Shown one piece after another: positions 35,536 to 45,195 of a stretch of DNA of 64,000 bases. Positions within the stretch are counted from its first letter, which is position 1; every line of letters begins with the position of its first letter. Under the pieces are notes generated by a model, which was not told the DNA's origin, made no database searches, and was given only the letters and a program-made list of their open reading frames with translations. The stretch spans positions 96,001-160,000 of the forward strand of contig JBFMAD010000006.1 in NCBI GenBank assembly GCA_040755855.1, given 5' to 3'. Both the position numbers and the translations under genes were made by a program. This DNA comes from Planctomycetota bacterium (GTDB lineage Bacteria; Planctomycetota; Brocadiia; JAADGH01).

Positions 35536-37890
35536 CTACTTGTTCTCGGCGGCCTGCCTCAGTTCCCGGCTGTGGGCGTAGAACTCGGCAAGGGTAAGCT
35601 CTTTGAGGAAGACGATCCCCCGCGTGGCGCGGATGATGGCGCTGGGATGCTCGTTAAACCACTCCCGACCGAGGCAGGTCTTGAGTTTCTGATACTGCTC
35701 TACCTGAATCTGCTGGGCCAGGTCGCAGAATGGCCCATCGTACTCATGGCTTGGAAAGGAGGCGTCCTTTTGCGAGATGAACGTATTCATAAAGGCGCTC
35801 CGCATGATGGCGAACATGTTTAACGAAACCGGCACATAGATGTTCGCCTCGCTTGGATGGAAACGGTACCAGACATTGCGATACCCCCATACCTTGATGT
35901 CGGACCGCCCTGTCTTGCCCTCGTAGCTCCGCAGCGCCTCGGCTATTGCCTGCATGACCTTGTAGTGCGTGTCCGGGCCGCTCGCCTCGGGGTCGAGGGC
36001 GACGGTCACGACGTCCGGGCGCACCTTCAGCAGCGCATCGAGAACCGGCTCGACGTCCCGCTCGACGGTCGGCTCCTCGGTAAAAATGTCGCCTGTGTAG
36101 AACCCCAATCGCAGGTGCATGACGTTCGAGCAGTTCCAACCGAAATAACCCCACAGACATTCCGCTTCCCACTCCCTGCACATGCCCTTCAGTTGCTGGA
36201 CGTGCGGCGGGTCCTTCTTGCCGGGGTATTCGCTCGCAAAGTAGGTCTCCAGCTCTGCGATGCGGGCCTTGATCTCCCGAAGGTCGCTCTCGTCGTGGAC
36301 GGCGATCAGATTGCGGAGCAGCCGTCGAGCCATGCCCTCGTTGCGAAGAAGATCGCTCTCAGCCGCCACGCCGTCTAAGTATTGCCAAACATCCCGCTGC
36401 CGGCCGATCTCGTTATTTGGGGCGAAGTAGCCCTCCTGCATCAGTCCAATAAAGCCCGTTGAGTCAATGAATTGCCGAAGGCAGGCGAGTTGGTCTTGCA
36501 TATGATGGTTGGTTACCGACGTGAACCCGCTGGTGAGGCAGATAAAGTAGTGCGTATTTGACGCGCCCCGCACATGCCGTACGATATACGGCAGGTAACC
36601 GAGCATGAGGTCGTCGTGATGGGGCTCGGTGTGGAAGAAGCATTTATCCGAAAGGGTTTGCGCGCCCTTTTCGATTCGGGCGATAAGTCGCTCATAAACT
36701 GTCCGCGCAAGGCTCAACGGAGGCGCAGGAGATTTCTGCAAAAGCGCCCCCGCCGCCGGATCGGTGCGAAAATCCTCCGGGGGCAAGTCCAGCAGACGCT
36801 TGCGTTTCTTCACGGCAAGATCAACGACGATTTCCTCCGTCTTCTCGTCGCTCACCGATTCCGCCGCGGCGATGCGACAAACCTGCCGCTCCGTAAGCAA
36901 CCGCGCCGCCCCCGTCGTGATATAAAAGCGGGCGTTCGGCAGGCTGTGGAGCGCCGTGGCGGGGTAGAGCACATGCTTTTTGTTCTGTACGGCGTCGGCC
37001 ACCACCGCCGCCTTCGCCTCGCCCGCGGCAATGACGATGGCGACGCAGTTGGGGTTGCAGGTGATTGTGCCGAGGCCGATGGTAATGACCAGCCGCTTGC
37101 GTGCGATCTCGATCCCACCGAGGTCTGTGGAGGCGGCAGCTTGGGTCTCATAGTTTGTCGGGGTCAGGCGGGTGGTCGAGTGGTGATCCGACCCGCAGAC
37201 ATTGAACCCGATGTGCCCATCCGGCCCAATGCCCCCCAGAAAAAACCCGATGCCCCCGAGAGACCGGATTTTGTCCTCGTACTCCTGGCACCACTGGTCA
37301 ATCCGATGGAGCGCCTCCTTCTGCCTCCATTCCAGGTCCGTCTCGGCATGGCGGTGCCGGAGGGAAAGGTCTACCGAGTTGTCGGGCCAGAGCGATGCAA
37401 GCGTCTCCCCTTCGCCGGGGCCGACCTTCGAGCAGTCAATGAGCATGGCCCTGCTCGGATCCAGTCCAAAGCCGTCGAGGTAGTACCGCTTCACATAGTA
37501 GAAAAAACTGTTCTGCTGCCAGGGGTTGGTGGGGTAAAATTCGTCAATCTGGACAAATCGTAGACCGCGCGTGTCGAGTCGCTCGGCGGGATCAATGCCG
37601 GAGGCGGCCAGATCATCGCGCACTTCCGGGCTGTCCCAATGCTGGAGGTAGTGCTCCACCCACTTGATGAAGTGCTCCGGCGTCTTGCCGGTCGGCAGGG
37701 AGATCACGCCGTCGGGATGGTCTTGCACCCATTCGATAAACCGCAAGGCAGCCAGCTTGCCGAGGGCGGGAAAGTTGCTCACCACAATCGTACCGATCCG
37801 CTCGGCGGGGGGATAGAGCACCGCAAAGGGCAATTGCGCGAGGGCGATCCGTTCAACCGGGGTCAAGTCACACTCGGGGAAATTCGACAT
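35536..37890 (-). CDS. nagB: Glucosamine-6-phosphate deaminase fused to a PIG-L/LmbE-like domain
   Basis: LPTGKTP, QIDEFY, GGIGPDGHIGFN, ITIGLGTI; second half EPHHDD, SGFTSV, GPDTH, WGYRNVW. Confidence 0.75.
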   Translation of the reverse strand: MSNFPECDLTPVERIALAQLPFAVLYPPAERIGTIVVSNFPALGKLAALRFIEWVQDHPDGVISLPTGKTPEHFIKWVEHYLQHWDSPEVRDDLAASGIDPAERLDTRGLRFVQIDEFYPTNPWQQNSFFYYVKRYYLDGFGLDPSRAMLIDCSKVGPGEGETLASLWPDNSVDLSLRHRHAETDLEWRQKEALHRIDQWCQEYEDKIRSLGGIGFFLGGIGPDGHIGFNVCGSDHHSTTRLTPTNYETQAAASTDLGGIEIARKRLVITIGLGTITCNPNCVAIVIAAGEAKAAVVADAVQNKKHVLYPATALHSLPNARFYITTGAARLLTERQVCRIAAAESVSDEKTEEIVVDLAVKKRKRLLDLPPEDFRTDPAAGALLQKSPAPPLSLARTVYERLIARIEKGAQTLSDKCFFHTEPHHDDLMLGYLPYIVRHVRGASNTHYFICLTSGFTSVTNHHMQDQLACLRQFIDSTGFIGLMQEGYFAPNNEIGRQRDVWQYLDGVAAESDLLRNEGMARRLLRNLIAVHDESDLREIKARIAELETYFASEYPGKKDPPHVQQLKGMCREWEAECLWGYFGWNCSNVMHLRLGFYTGDIFTEEPTVERDVEPVLDALLKVRPDVVTVALDPEASGPDTHYKVMQAIAEALRSYEGKTGRSDIKVWGYRNVWYRFHPSEANIYVPVSLNMFAIMRSAFMNTFISQKDASFPSHEYDGPFCDLAQQIQVEQYQKLKTCLGREWFNEHPSAIIRATRGIVFLKELTLAEFYAHSRELRQAAENK

Positions 37891-37940
37891 AATCGGCAAG
37901 TCACTCCACTTTGAAAACAAGAGCAACGAAACGCCTGATC

Positions 37941-38027
37941 TTACTCTTACTCTTACTCTTACTCCTACTCCTACTCCATCTAAGCAAGTGAGATTAAGAT
38001 CAAGATTAGGATTAAGAGCAGGAGTAG
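37941..38027. repeat. Inverted pair of hexamer microsatellites
   Basis: (TTACTC)4(CTACTC)2 at 37941-37976 facing GATTAA-GATCAA-GATTAG-GATTAA-GAGCAG-GAGTAG at 37992-38027. Confidence 0.8.
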
Positions 38028-38062
38028 CAATGTTGACGCGAGGGGTTGCCTGCCCCCTTTAC

Positions 38063-39466
38063 TCAAGACCGGTAATCTCCCCTGTTCAGTCCGTACTTCT
38101 TCATCCGCTCGTAGAGGGCGCGCCGGGAGATGCCGAGGGCTTGGCAGGCGGCGGTAACCTCGCCTCCATGCTCGCGCAGGGCCTGCTCGATGACCGCCCG
38201 TTCCGTCCGCTCCATCTCGTCACGCAGAAGACCCGGCGTGGCCGGGAGCGAAAGCATACGGCTCGGGCCGAAATTCTCGTCCATGGAGAAGGGCCCTGCC
38301 AGCCCCTGGTGCGCCGTGATCGTCATGCGTTCCACCGCGTTTTTCAGCTCGCGGATGTTGCCCGGCCAGGCATAGGCAAGCATCTGCGAAAGCACCTTGT
38401 CCGGGGTCTTGGGGGCGGGCGAGCCGGTTTGGTCGGCGAAGCGTTTCATGAAGTGGGCAATGAGGAGCGGGATGTCCTCCGTGCGCTCCCGCAGGGGGGG
38501 CACGGAGATGGATAGCACCGCGATGCGGTGGTAGAAATCCTCCCGAAGCGTCCCCCGGCGGACCAGTTCGGGCGGATCGTGCTTGGTGGTCACGAGCAGA
38601 CGGACGTCCACCTGTCGCGGCTGGTCCATCCCCAGCGGCTGAACCAGCCCGTCCTCGAGGACGCGCAGGAGCTGCACCTGCGCCCGCTCGGAGATACTTT
38701 CGATCTCGTCGAGGAGCAACGTGCCCCCCGATGCGGTGACGAACTTTCCGTCCCGGTGCGAATCGGCCCCCGTGAAGGCCCCCTTGGCATGGCCGAAGAG
38801 CTCGCTCTCCAGCACCGTCTCGGAGAGCGCCCCGGCGTTGACGGCCACAAACCTGCCCGAAGCCCGCCTGCTTTCACTGTGAATCGCCCGGGCGACGAGT
38901 TCCTTTCCCACCCCGGTCTCCCCCTGGATGAGGACTGGCGCGTCCGCCTTGGCGGCCACCTCGATCTGCTCGTAGACGTCCTGGATCGCGCGGCTCTGTC
39001 CCACCATGCCGAACCGGCCGTCCTCCTCCGGGGAAAGCAGCGCCAGTCGCCGGCGCAGCTCCGCGCTCTCCCGCTGCAGGGCGGCCCGCTCGACGGCGCG
39101 CCTCACACTCATGAGAAGCACATCCACCTCGAAGGGCTTTTCCACGAAGTCATACGCCCCCGCCCTCATGCATCGGACGGCCATGGCGATGTCGCCGTGA
39201 CCGGTGATCATGATCACCGGCGGCGGATAGCGGCGCCGCACCAGGTCGGCGAGCAACTGCTCTCCGTCCATCCCGGGCATCTTCACGTCCGTAACAATAC
39301 AATCCACATCCGGCAGGCCCGGCCATGCGAGGGCGGCCTCCGCCGAGGAGAACATTTTGACCTGATAATCGTGTAACCGCAGCGACTGCGTGATCGAGAC
39401 GCGGGCGGCCTCGTCATCATCAATGACCACCACAATCGGATTGTCACGTCGAGCCGATTCACTCAT
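38063..39466 (-). CDS. Sigma-54-dependent response regulator (NtrC/DctD family)
   Basis: REC (DVKMP), GETGVGKE, GAFTGA, WPGNIRELKN, Fis-type HTH. Confidence 0.95.
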   Translation of the reverse strand: MSESARRDNPIVVVIDDDEAARVSITQSLRLHDYQVKMFSSAEAALAWPGLPDVDCIVTDVKMPGMDGEQLLADLVRRRYPPPVIMITGHGDIAMAVRCMRAGAYDFVEKPFEVDVLLMSVRRAVERAALQRESAELRRRLALLSPEEDGRFGMVGQSRAIQDVYEQIEVAAKADAPVLIQGETGVGKELVARAIHSESRRASGRFVAVNAGALSETVLESELFGHAKGAFTGADSHRDGKFVTASGGTLLLDEIESISERAQVQLLRVLEDGLVQPLGMDQPRQVDVRLLVTTKHDPPELVRRGTLREDFYHRIAVLSISVPPLRERTEDIPLLIAHFMKRFADQTGSPAPKTPDKVLSQMLAYAWPGNIRELKNAVERMTITAHQGLAGPFSMDENFGPSRMLSLPATPGLLRDEMERTERAVIEQALREHGGEVTAACQALGISRRALYERMKKYGLNRGDYRS

Positions 39467-40958
39467 TTCGGGATGATACCTCCGCGGGACCATCCTGGTG
39501 TTCCACGGGCAGGCGCACGGTGAAGGTTGCCCCCTTTCCCGGCTCTCCCTTCGCCGCGATCGTGCCGTTGTGGTCCTTGATGATGCTCAGCGAGATGGAC
39601 AGGCCAAGGCCGGTCCCGTGGCCTACCTTCTTCGTGCTGAAGAAAGGCGTGAAGAGCTTCTGGGCCTCGCTGGCGGAGAAGCCTTTGCCCGTGTCAATGA
39701 CCTCCACCACCACCGGGCAATGGCCGCCCTCCTCTAAATACGTCCGTACCGTCAGCCGCCGCTCCCCCGTCGTCTCCATTGCCTGACGGGCGTTGGTAAT
39801 CAAATTCAGAAGCACCTGTTCCAATCGAATCCGATCGCCCATGATCTCAGGAATATCCCCAAGATCGAGCGTGGTCTCCACGCAGGAAAGTTTGAGCTGG
39901 GGGCTGAGGAACTCCACGCTCTCGCGGATGATCCCGTTGAGATCCACAGCAACGAACTGCCGTTCCGAACGGCGGGTCAGCTCGCGCATCTGGTTGATGA
40001 TCTTCGAGGCGCGGTCCACCTGCTCCGAGATCATCCGCAGGTTGTCCTTGATCTCGTCCGGCTCGCCCACGTTCTTCTCGATCATGTAAAATGCGTTTCG
40101 CGCGAAGTTGCGGATGCCCGTCAGCGGCTGATTTAGCTCGTGGGCCACGGCGGCGGCCATCTCTCCCAGCTCGGCCAGGCGGGTGGAATGGACAAGCTGC
40201 TCCTCCTGCTTCCGGGCCAGATCCGCGAGTTCGCCGCGCTTGCGCTCGGCCTCCTTTCGGTCGGTGATGTCATACACATTCACGATCACCGCCGGCTCGC
40301 CGTCATATTCCCCGACGGCGCTGGCCACGTCGGCCCATCGGACGTCGCCCTTCTTCGTAACAATCCGGACCTCGTACTGGAGATCCGTCGAGCCGTCGGC
40401 CGCCCGCCTCTTCACCAGGTACTGGATGCGCGCGCGGTCGTCCTCGTGGAGCGTATCCCAGATCGGAGCGCCGATCAGTTCATCCGGACGGTATCCAACC
40501 ATCTCGGCATACCGTGGATTTACAAAAAGGTATTTCCCGTCGCGATAGACAAAGATGCCGACCAGCGACTTCTCCGACATCAGTTTGTGCTTCTGCTCCG
40601 AGATGCGCAGGGCCGTCTCCCCCGCCTTAAGCTTTTCACTCAACATGCCCACGCAAAACGCCACAACGACGAAACAGACCGCGCGCGCCGCATCCGCCGT
40701 CACGGCGCCCGATGCAATGCCCATGCGATGGAGCGATAAAATCGCCAGGCCAAACACGGCCGCCAGGACCACACTCCGTCTTCCCCACCACATCCCCGCC
40801 AGCACGATAGGGATGTACATCAGATGGGTGCAGACGACGTCCGTATGATGCACTGCATGAAAATATACGCTCAAGGTCAGACACGCCGCCGCCAGGAGCA
40901 CAATGACCAGGAGTCGGATTATCATTCGACAACGGTTCCGAAACAGACGACCGGACAC
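39459..40958 (-). CDS. Membrane PAS sensor histidine kinase (start uncertain)
   Basis: ~4 TM helices, PAS/PAC, AHELNQPL, NARQA, GTGLGL; overlaps its cognate regulator. Confidence 0.9.
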   Translation of the reverse strand: MSGRLFRNRCRMIIRLLVIVLLAAACLTLSVYFHAVHHTDVVCTHLMYIPIVLAGMWWGRRSVVLAAVFGLAILSLHRMGIASGAVTADAARAVCFVVVAFCVGMLSEKLKAGETALRISEQKHKLMSEKSLVGIFVYRDGKYLFVNPRYAEMVGYRPDELIGAPIWDTLHEDDRARIQYLVKRRAADGSTDLQYEVRIVTKKGDVRWADVASAVGEYDGEPAVIVNVYDITDRKEAERKRGELADLARKQEEQLVHSTRLAELGEMAAAVAHELNQPLTGIRNFARNAFYMIEKNVGEPDEIKDNLRMISEQVDRASKIINQMRELTRRSERQFVAVDLNGIIRESVEFLSPQLKLSCVETTLDLGDIPEIMGDRIRLEQVLLNLITNARQAMETTGERRLTVRTYLEEGGHCPVVVEVIDTGKGFSASEAQKLFTPFFSTKKVGHGTGLGLSISLSIIKDHNGTIAAKGEPGKGATFTVRLPVEHQDGPAEVSSRNE

Positions 40959-41033
40959 CTTAGTTCAAACCCATACCCCATCATAACACTCCTGTCCCCC
41001 AACAGCAACAGCGTCTTCCCGATCCCGTTGCCA

Positions 41034-43961
41034 TCACGAACCCTTGATGACCAGCACCCGCACTCCAAACGGCTCCAGAGAAAGCGAAATCCGCTTTTCC
41101 TGACTTCGCTTCTCTTCCTTGCGGTCTGCCGTGTAGACAACGGTCTCCTTTTCACCCAGCACGACGGCGACCGCCTTCCGCGCTTCCGGCGTCGAGTTCA
41201 CCACGACCGCCGCGACCGAACCGTCCGCCGCCTCGAAGCTCCCCGTCGTCACCGCCGGGATGAGGTGCGGGACCTTCGCCATCGCCGGTTTGCCCGTCTT
41301 GTCGGCCTTGCCCTTCGGGTCCTGCCGTGATGAATAGACCTCCACCTCCTCGCACTCGATCTCGACAGGCCGCACCGTCTTGCCGAGCAGGAGGTACTCC
41401 GGAAAATGCGCATAGGGCCGGCAGAACGACTTATAGGCGGCGCTGACCTCCTGGTGCCACTTGCTGCCGCCTTCAAGGGGGACATCGTGCATGAATGGGC
41501 CGGGGATCAGACCGCGCGTCAGATTGTTGGCCAGGATGCGACAGCGCAGCCCCGCGCTCGGCCGTGTGCCCAGCGGCCCCTGGCCCTGCACACACGCCGC
41601 GCCGATGGCCGTTACATACTCATGGTAGAGATACGAGAACAATCCGACCCCTCGGCCGCCGCCCATCATCTCCCCGAACTGCCGGCTCCAGTAGGTCGCC
41701 ATGTAGGGGATGGCCAGCTCGCTTTCATTCTCCATAAACAGACCCAGTTCGGCTTGGACCGGCTTGCCCTCCTTCAGGATCGCCGCACAGACATCGCGGA
41801 AATCGCTCCACATCCAGTCGCCATAGCCGGGCGGGTGACCATGGGTCTTGCTGTAGCACGGCGTGTGCTGGCAGCCGCCGATCTCCTGGTCGAAACTGAC
41901 GAGCGGCACGCCGAGGCGCGCCACGTTCACGAAGATGTCCTTCATCGTCGTCTGCGCCTTCGGGCTGCCGTGGCAGAGCATAGCGGACAGGCCGCGCCAG
42001 TCGCCGAACTCGCCCACGCGGTCGTACCAATCCACCTTCGCAATGGATCCGTCGGGTTCTGCGACGCACATCTCCTTCCTGCGCTCGAAGTCCGCGGTGT
42101 CGTCGAAGGCGGGTTCGGCGCCGGTCTTCTGCCGCTTCACCACCCACCAATAGCCCGACGTGAGGAAGGCCAGGCGGTGGCCGCGCCTTCTCAGCTCCTG
42201 ATCCACCTCGCGCCAGACCTCATCGGATGGAATCGAGGGGAAGTAGTTGATACCTGCCCATGTGCCCCGATTTTCCCAACCATACGGCACGAAAACCATG
42301 TGCTTCAGGCCGGTGGCGGCACGGTAGGCGTCCATCAGATCGGGCAGTTTCTCCATCCGCTTGCCGAAGCGTTTCTCGCGGCCCTCCGGGTTGGCGATGC
42401 CGGTGATGATGATCCCCGCGCCGTCCTTCAGGAACTGCGGGATATCGTCGCGTTCGGAGAGTTTCTTCGCACACCACGGCTGCCTCACGGCCCATGCCTT
42501 GTAGATGGCTGCGGCGTCGCGCCAGTCGCCCTGGAAGGTTCGAAGCGCGATGTCGTAGGGGAGCGCCGCACCCTGGCCGGAGACCTCCGGGAAGCGGTGC
42601 GTCAGGTCCATTGATACAAATTTGCCCGCGCCCGACCGGAGGCGGTACTGCTTGCAGTGGCCGTCGGGATCCTCCATGCCGACATACAGTCCGGCCGTCC
42701 CGTCGTAGAGGGCGTAGAACTGCGCGAAGGCCGGGCCGGGGTACGCGGCCGTGTGACTCGCTCCACGAGAACCCGGGGCGGACACGACCGCCCCGCCGTG
42801 CCAGGGCGCGAGCAGGGCATCGTCCTCGCCTTTCCCGCCCAGCGCCGCGGGAGCGGGCATGCCGGGGAAGGAGACGCTGGCGATGCACCAATCGGATCTG
42901 TTTTCCAAGTAGATGCGGAGCCGGATGAAGCCGTCGGTCGTTGTCCGCGCAGTCACCGAAACCTGCACATCCGCTTGCGGGCAGTCGGTGAATGTCAACT
43001 GGAGGTCGTCGCCTTTCCTGGCAACTTCGCATTTGCGAAAATCCCGGCTTGGGAGCGGAAGCCGCTCGGTTTCATACGGTCTGGTAAGCATGCAGGAAAA
43101 GAGCGGCTCCTTCACGTCGCGTGCGATGAATTCCTGCCCCGTCTGACGATCAATAAGGTTTGTGATCTCGCCCGTCTCGCGGTCAAAGGCAATGGCCGAT
43201 AACTCCGATGCGATGCCCATGCGGTCGGGAAGGTCGAACACCCCCGATCCATGCGGTACATCAACGGCTGCCAGCGGCGGTCGCGGGCCGGGCCGGACGC
43301 CCCAAGTCTTCAAGACCTCTTCCGTGATCGGCATGAACTCCGCATCGTCAAAGAGCGTCGTTGCGCTCGACGGCGTCCGGGGGGAGGTCCACACCCCGAG
43401 GGCCACGACACCGGACGCCAGCCCGTCCGCCGGGCCTTCCGCCTGCCAGCGCGGCTCGGGCGCGCCCTCCGGCCAGGACTTGCCGAAGAGGTAGTCGCCA
43501 TAACAGGCCATCGCGACATGGACCCATTCCCCCTTCTTCAGTCCGACGGCCAGTGTCCCCACCGTGACGGAGGATTTCTCCTGGCCGTAGTAGCACAACG
43601 CCCGACCGCCGTCCGGCCCGAGGGCCAGAGCGCGAAAGCCGCCCGGCCCAGAACGGCCGTATATGTAAACGGTCGGCTCGGCGCCGGTCCAGTCTATCAG
43701 CTTGACGCGGAGTTTCAGGAGGAAGTCAGGCGTCTTTTCGCTTCCCGCCAGCGTGAGCCGGGTGTGATGAGGCTTTGCCGCGGCGATCTGATAGGCATGA
43801 TTGTCGGGCCGGCCCGGCTCGACCACGATCGCCCCCTCCTCGCCCGGCGAGACCCACCCCTCCGATCCCTTCTCAAAGTCCCATTTCATTTCTTCCTCGC
43901 AGGAGCAAACCGAAAACAGCATCAATATCATCGGGAACCAAAGCAAGATAGACCTGGTCAA
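41034..43961 (-). CDS. Large secreted putative glycoside hydrolase (DUF6259-like)
   Basis: TTG start after RBS AAAGGAGG; signal peptide; beta-rich N-terminus; GDWRDAAAIYKAW, SFDQ, HGHPPG. Confidence 0.6.
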   Translation of the reverse strand: MTRSILLWFPMILMLFSVCSCEEEMKWDFEKGSEGWVSPGEEGAIVVEPGRPDNHAYQIAAAKPHHTRLTLAGSEKTPDFLLKLRVKLIDWTGAEPTVYIYGRSGPGGFRALALGPDGGRALCYYGQEKSSVTVGTLAVGLKKGEWVHVAMACYGDYLFGKSWPEGAPEPRWQAEGPADGLASGVVALGVWTSPRTPSSATTLFDDAEFMPITEEVLKTWGVRPGPRPPLAAVDVPHGSGVFDLPDRMGIASELSAIAFDRETGEITNLIDRQTGQEFIARDVKEPLFSCMLTRPYETERLPLPSRDFRKCEVARKGDDLQLTFTDCPQADVQVSVTARTTTDGFIRLRIYLENRSDWCIASVSFPGMPAPAALGGKGEDDALLAPWHGGAVVSAPGSRGASHTAAYPGPAFAQFYALYDGTAGLYVGMEDPDGHCKQYRLRSGAGKFVSMDLTHRFPEVSGQGAALPYDIALRTFQGDWRDAAAIYKAWAVRQPWCAKKLSERDDIPQFLKDGAGIIITGIANPEGREKRFGKRMEKLPDLMDAYRAATGLKHMVFVPYGWENRGTWAGINYFPSIPSDEVWREVDQELRRRGHRLAFLTSGYWWVVKRQKTGAEPAFDDTADFERRKEMCVAEPDGSIAKVDWYDRVGEFGDWRGLSAMLCHGSPKAQTTMKDIFVNVARLGVPLVSFDQEIGGCQHTPCYSKTHGHPPGYGDWMWSDFRDVCAAILKEGKPVQAELGLFMENESELAIPYMATYWSRQFGEMMGGGRGVGLFSYLYHEYVTAIGAACVQGQGPLGTRPSAGLRCRILANNLTRGLIPGPFMHDVPLEGGSKWHQEVSAAYKSFCRPYAHFPEYLLLGKTVRPVEIECEEVEVYSSRQDPKGKADKTGKPAMAKVPHLIPAVTTGSFEAADGSVAAVVVNSTPEARKAVAVVLGEKETVVYTADRKEEKRSQEKRISLSLEPFGVRVLVIKGS

Positions 43962-44056
43962 AACGGCCTCCTTTCGCCTGAACTCAAACTGAAAGCGGAG
44001 ACAATCCTAATCCCTTGCGCATGGCCCCGTCAACAGCAAACGGCCCGTGATAACCG

Positions 44057-44085
44057 TTGACACTTGCATCGAAGTATCGTAGCAT
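44057..44085 (+). promoter_or_regulatory. sigma70 promoter
   Basis: TTGACA-17-TAGCAT. Confidence 0.55.
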
Positions 44086-44125
44086 CCTGAAGTCCATTCA
44101 AACACGATTTTCGGAGGAGTCAAAA

Positions 44126-45181
44126 ATGAGCACGGTAAAACTTGGGATCATCGGATGCGGGGTCATCGGCAGCCACCACGCTACAGCCGCGACGGAATCG
44201 AAACTCGTTGACCTCGCGGCCGTCGCCGACGTTCGAGAAGATGCGGTGAAGGCCATGGCGGAGAAGTTCAAGGTCCCGAAGACCTACGCGAGCGGCAACG
44301 AATTGCTCGACGACGACGGCATCGAAGCCGTCGTCCTGGCCATGCCGACGTGCCATCGGTTCGACCTGGCCATGCGGGCCTTTGCGAAGGGGAAGCACGT
44401 CCTGACGGAGAAACCCGTCGCCATGAACTCCGGCGATGTGCGAAAGATGATCAAGGCGCGGGGCGATCTCGTCGCCGCCTGCTGCTCGTCGCGCAACCGG
44501 CACACCGAGTCGGCCAAGGTCATCACGGACTTCATCGCCTCGGGCGGGATCGGTCCGCTGCGGCTCATCCACTGCCGCGCACTCATCCAGGCCGGCCCGA
44601 TGCCGGACACGCCGCGGCCCGCGTGGCGACTCAAGAAGGAACTCAACGGCGGCGGCATCCTCGTCAACTGGGGGTGCTACGATCTCGACTACCTCCTCGG
44701 CATCACAGGCTGGACGCTGAAACCCAAGACCGTTCTCGCCCAGACGTGGACGATCCCCCCGCAGTTGGAGTCGCACGTCGCGCCGAACTCCGATGCGGAG
44801 ACCTACTTCGCGGCGCTGATCCGGTGCGAGGACGGCGCGATGATCTCGTTCGAGCGCGGGGAATACATGCCCGTGCACACGGAGCAGTCGTGGCAGATCA
44901 TCGGGACGAAGGGGTCGTTGACGATGCAAATGACCCCCGGCAAGAACAAGAAGGTGATCCACGACGACACGACGGCAGAACAGGGGCTTGTGCCGAAGGT
45001 GCTGTGGGAGGGCGACGACGTCCACAATGCGGGGCGCGGCGGGCTTTTGGATGTCTTTGCGTCGGCGATCCTCAAGGGCGGGGAGCCGGCCACGACGCTG
45101 GAGAAGGCGCTGGTGGTGCAGCAGATCACCGACGCGATCTACGCCTCGGCGGAATCGGGCAAAGCAGTCGAGATCGAATAG
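44126..45181 (+). CDS. Gfo/Idh/MocA family oxidoreductase
   Basis: GIIGCGVIG, KHVLTEKP, GGGIL; RBS GGAGGAG. Confidence 0.9.
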   Translation: MSTVKLGIIGCGVIGSHHATAATESKLVDLAAVADVREDAVKAMAEKFKVPKTYASGNELLDDDGIEAVVLAMPTCHRFDLAMRAFAKGKHVLTEKPVAMNSGDVRKMIKARGDLVAACCSSRNRHTESAKVITDFIASGGIGPLRLIHCRALIQAGPMPDTPRPAWRLKKELNGGGILVNWGCYDLDYLLGITGWTLKPKTVLAQTWTIPPQLESHVAPNSDAETYFAALIRCEDGAMISFERGEYMPVHTEQSWQIIGTKGSLTMQMTPGKNKKVIHDDTTAEQGLVPKVLWEGDDVHNAGRGGLLDVFASAILKGGEPATTLEKALVVQQITDAIYASAESGKAVEIE

Positions 45182-45195
45182 AACGGAGGATAACT

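Noticed and set aside
44350..45195. Apparent 1128-aa GH116 protein
   Set aside because: The first ~280 aa are an Arg/Gly-rich alternative frame of the Gfo gene; an RBS supports the start at 45196
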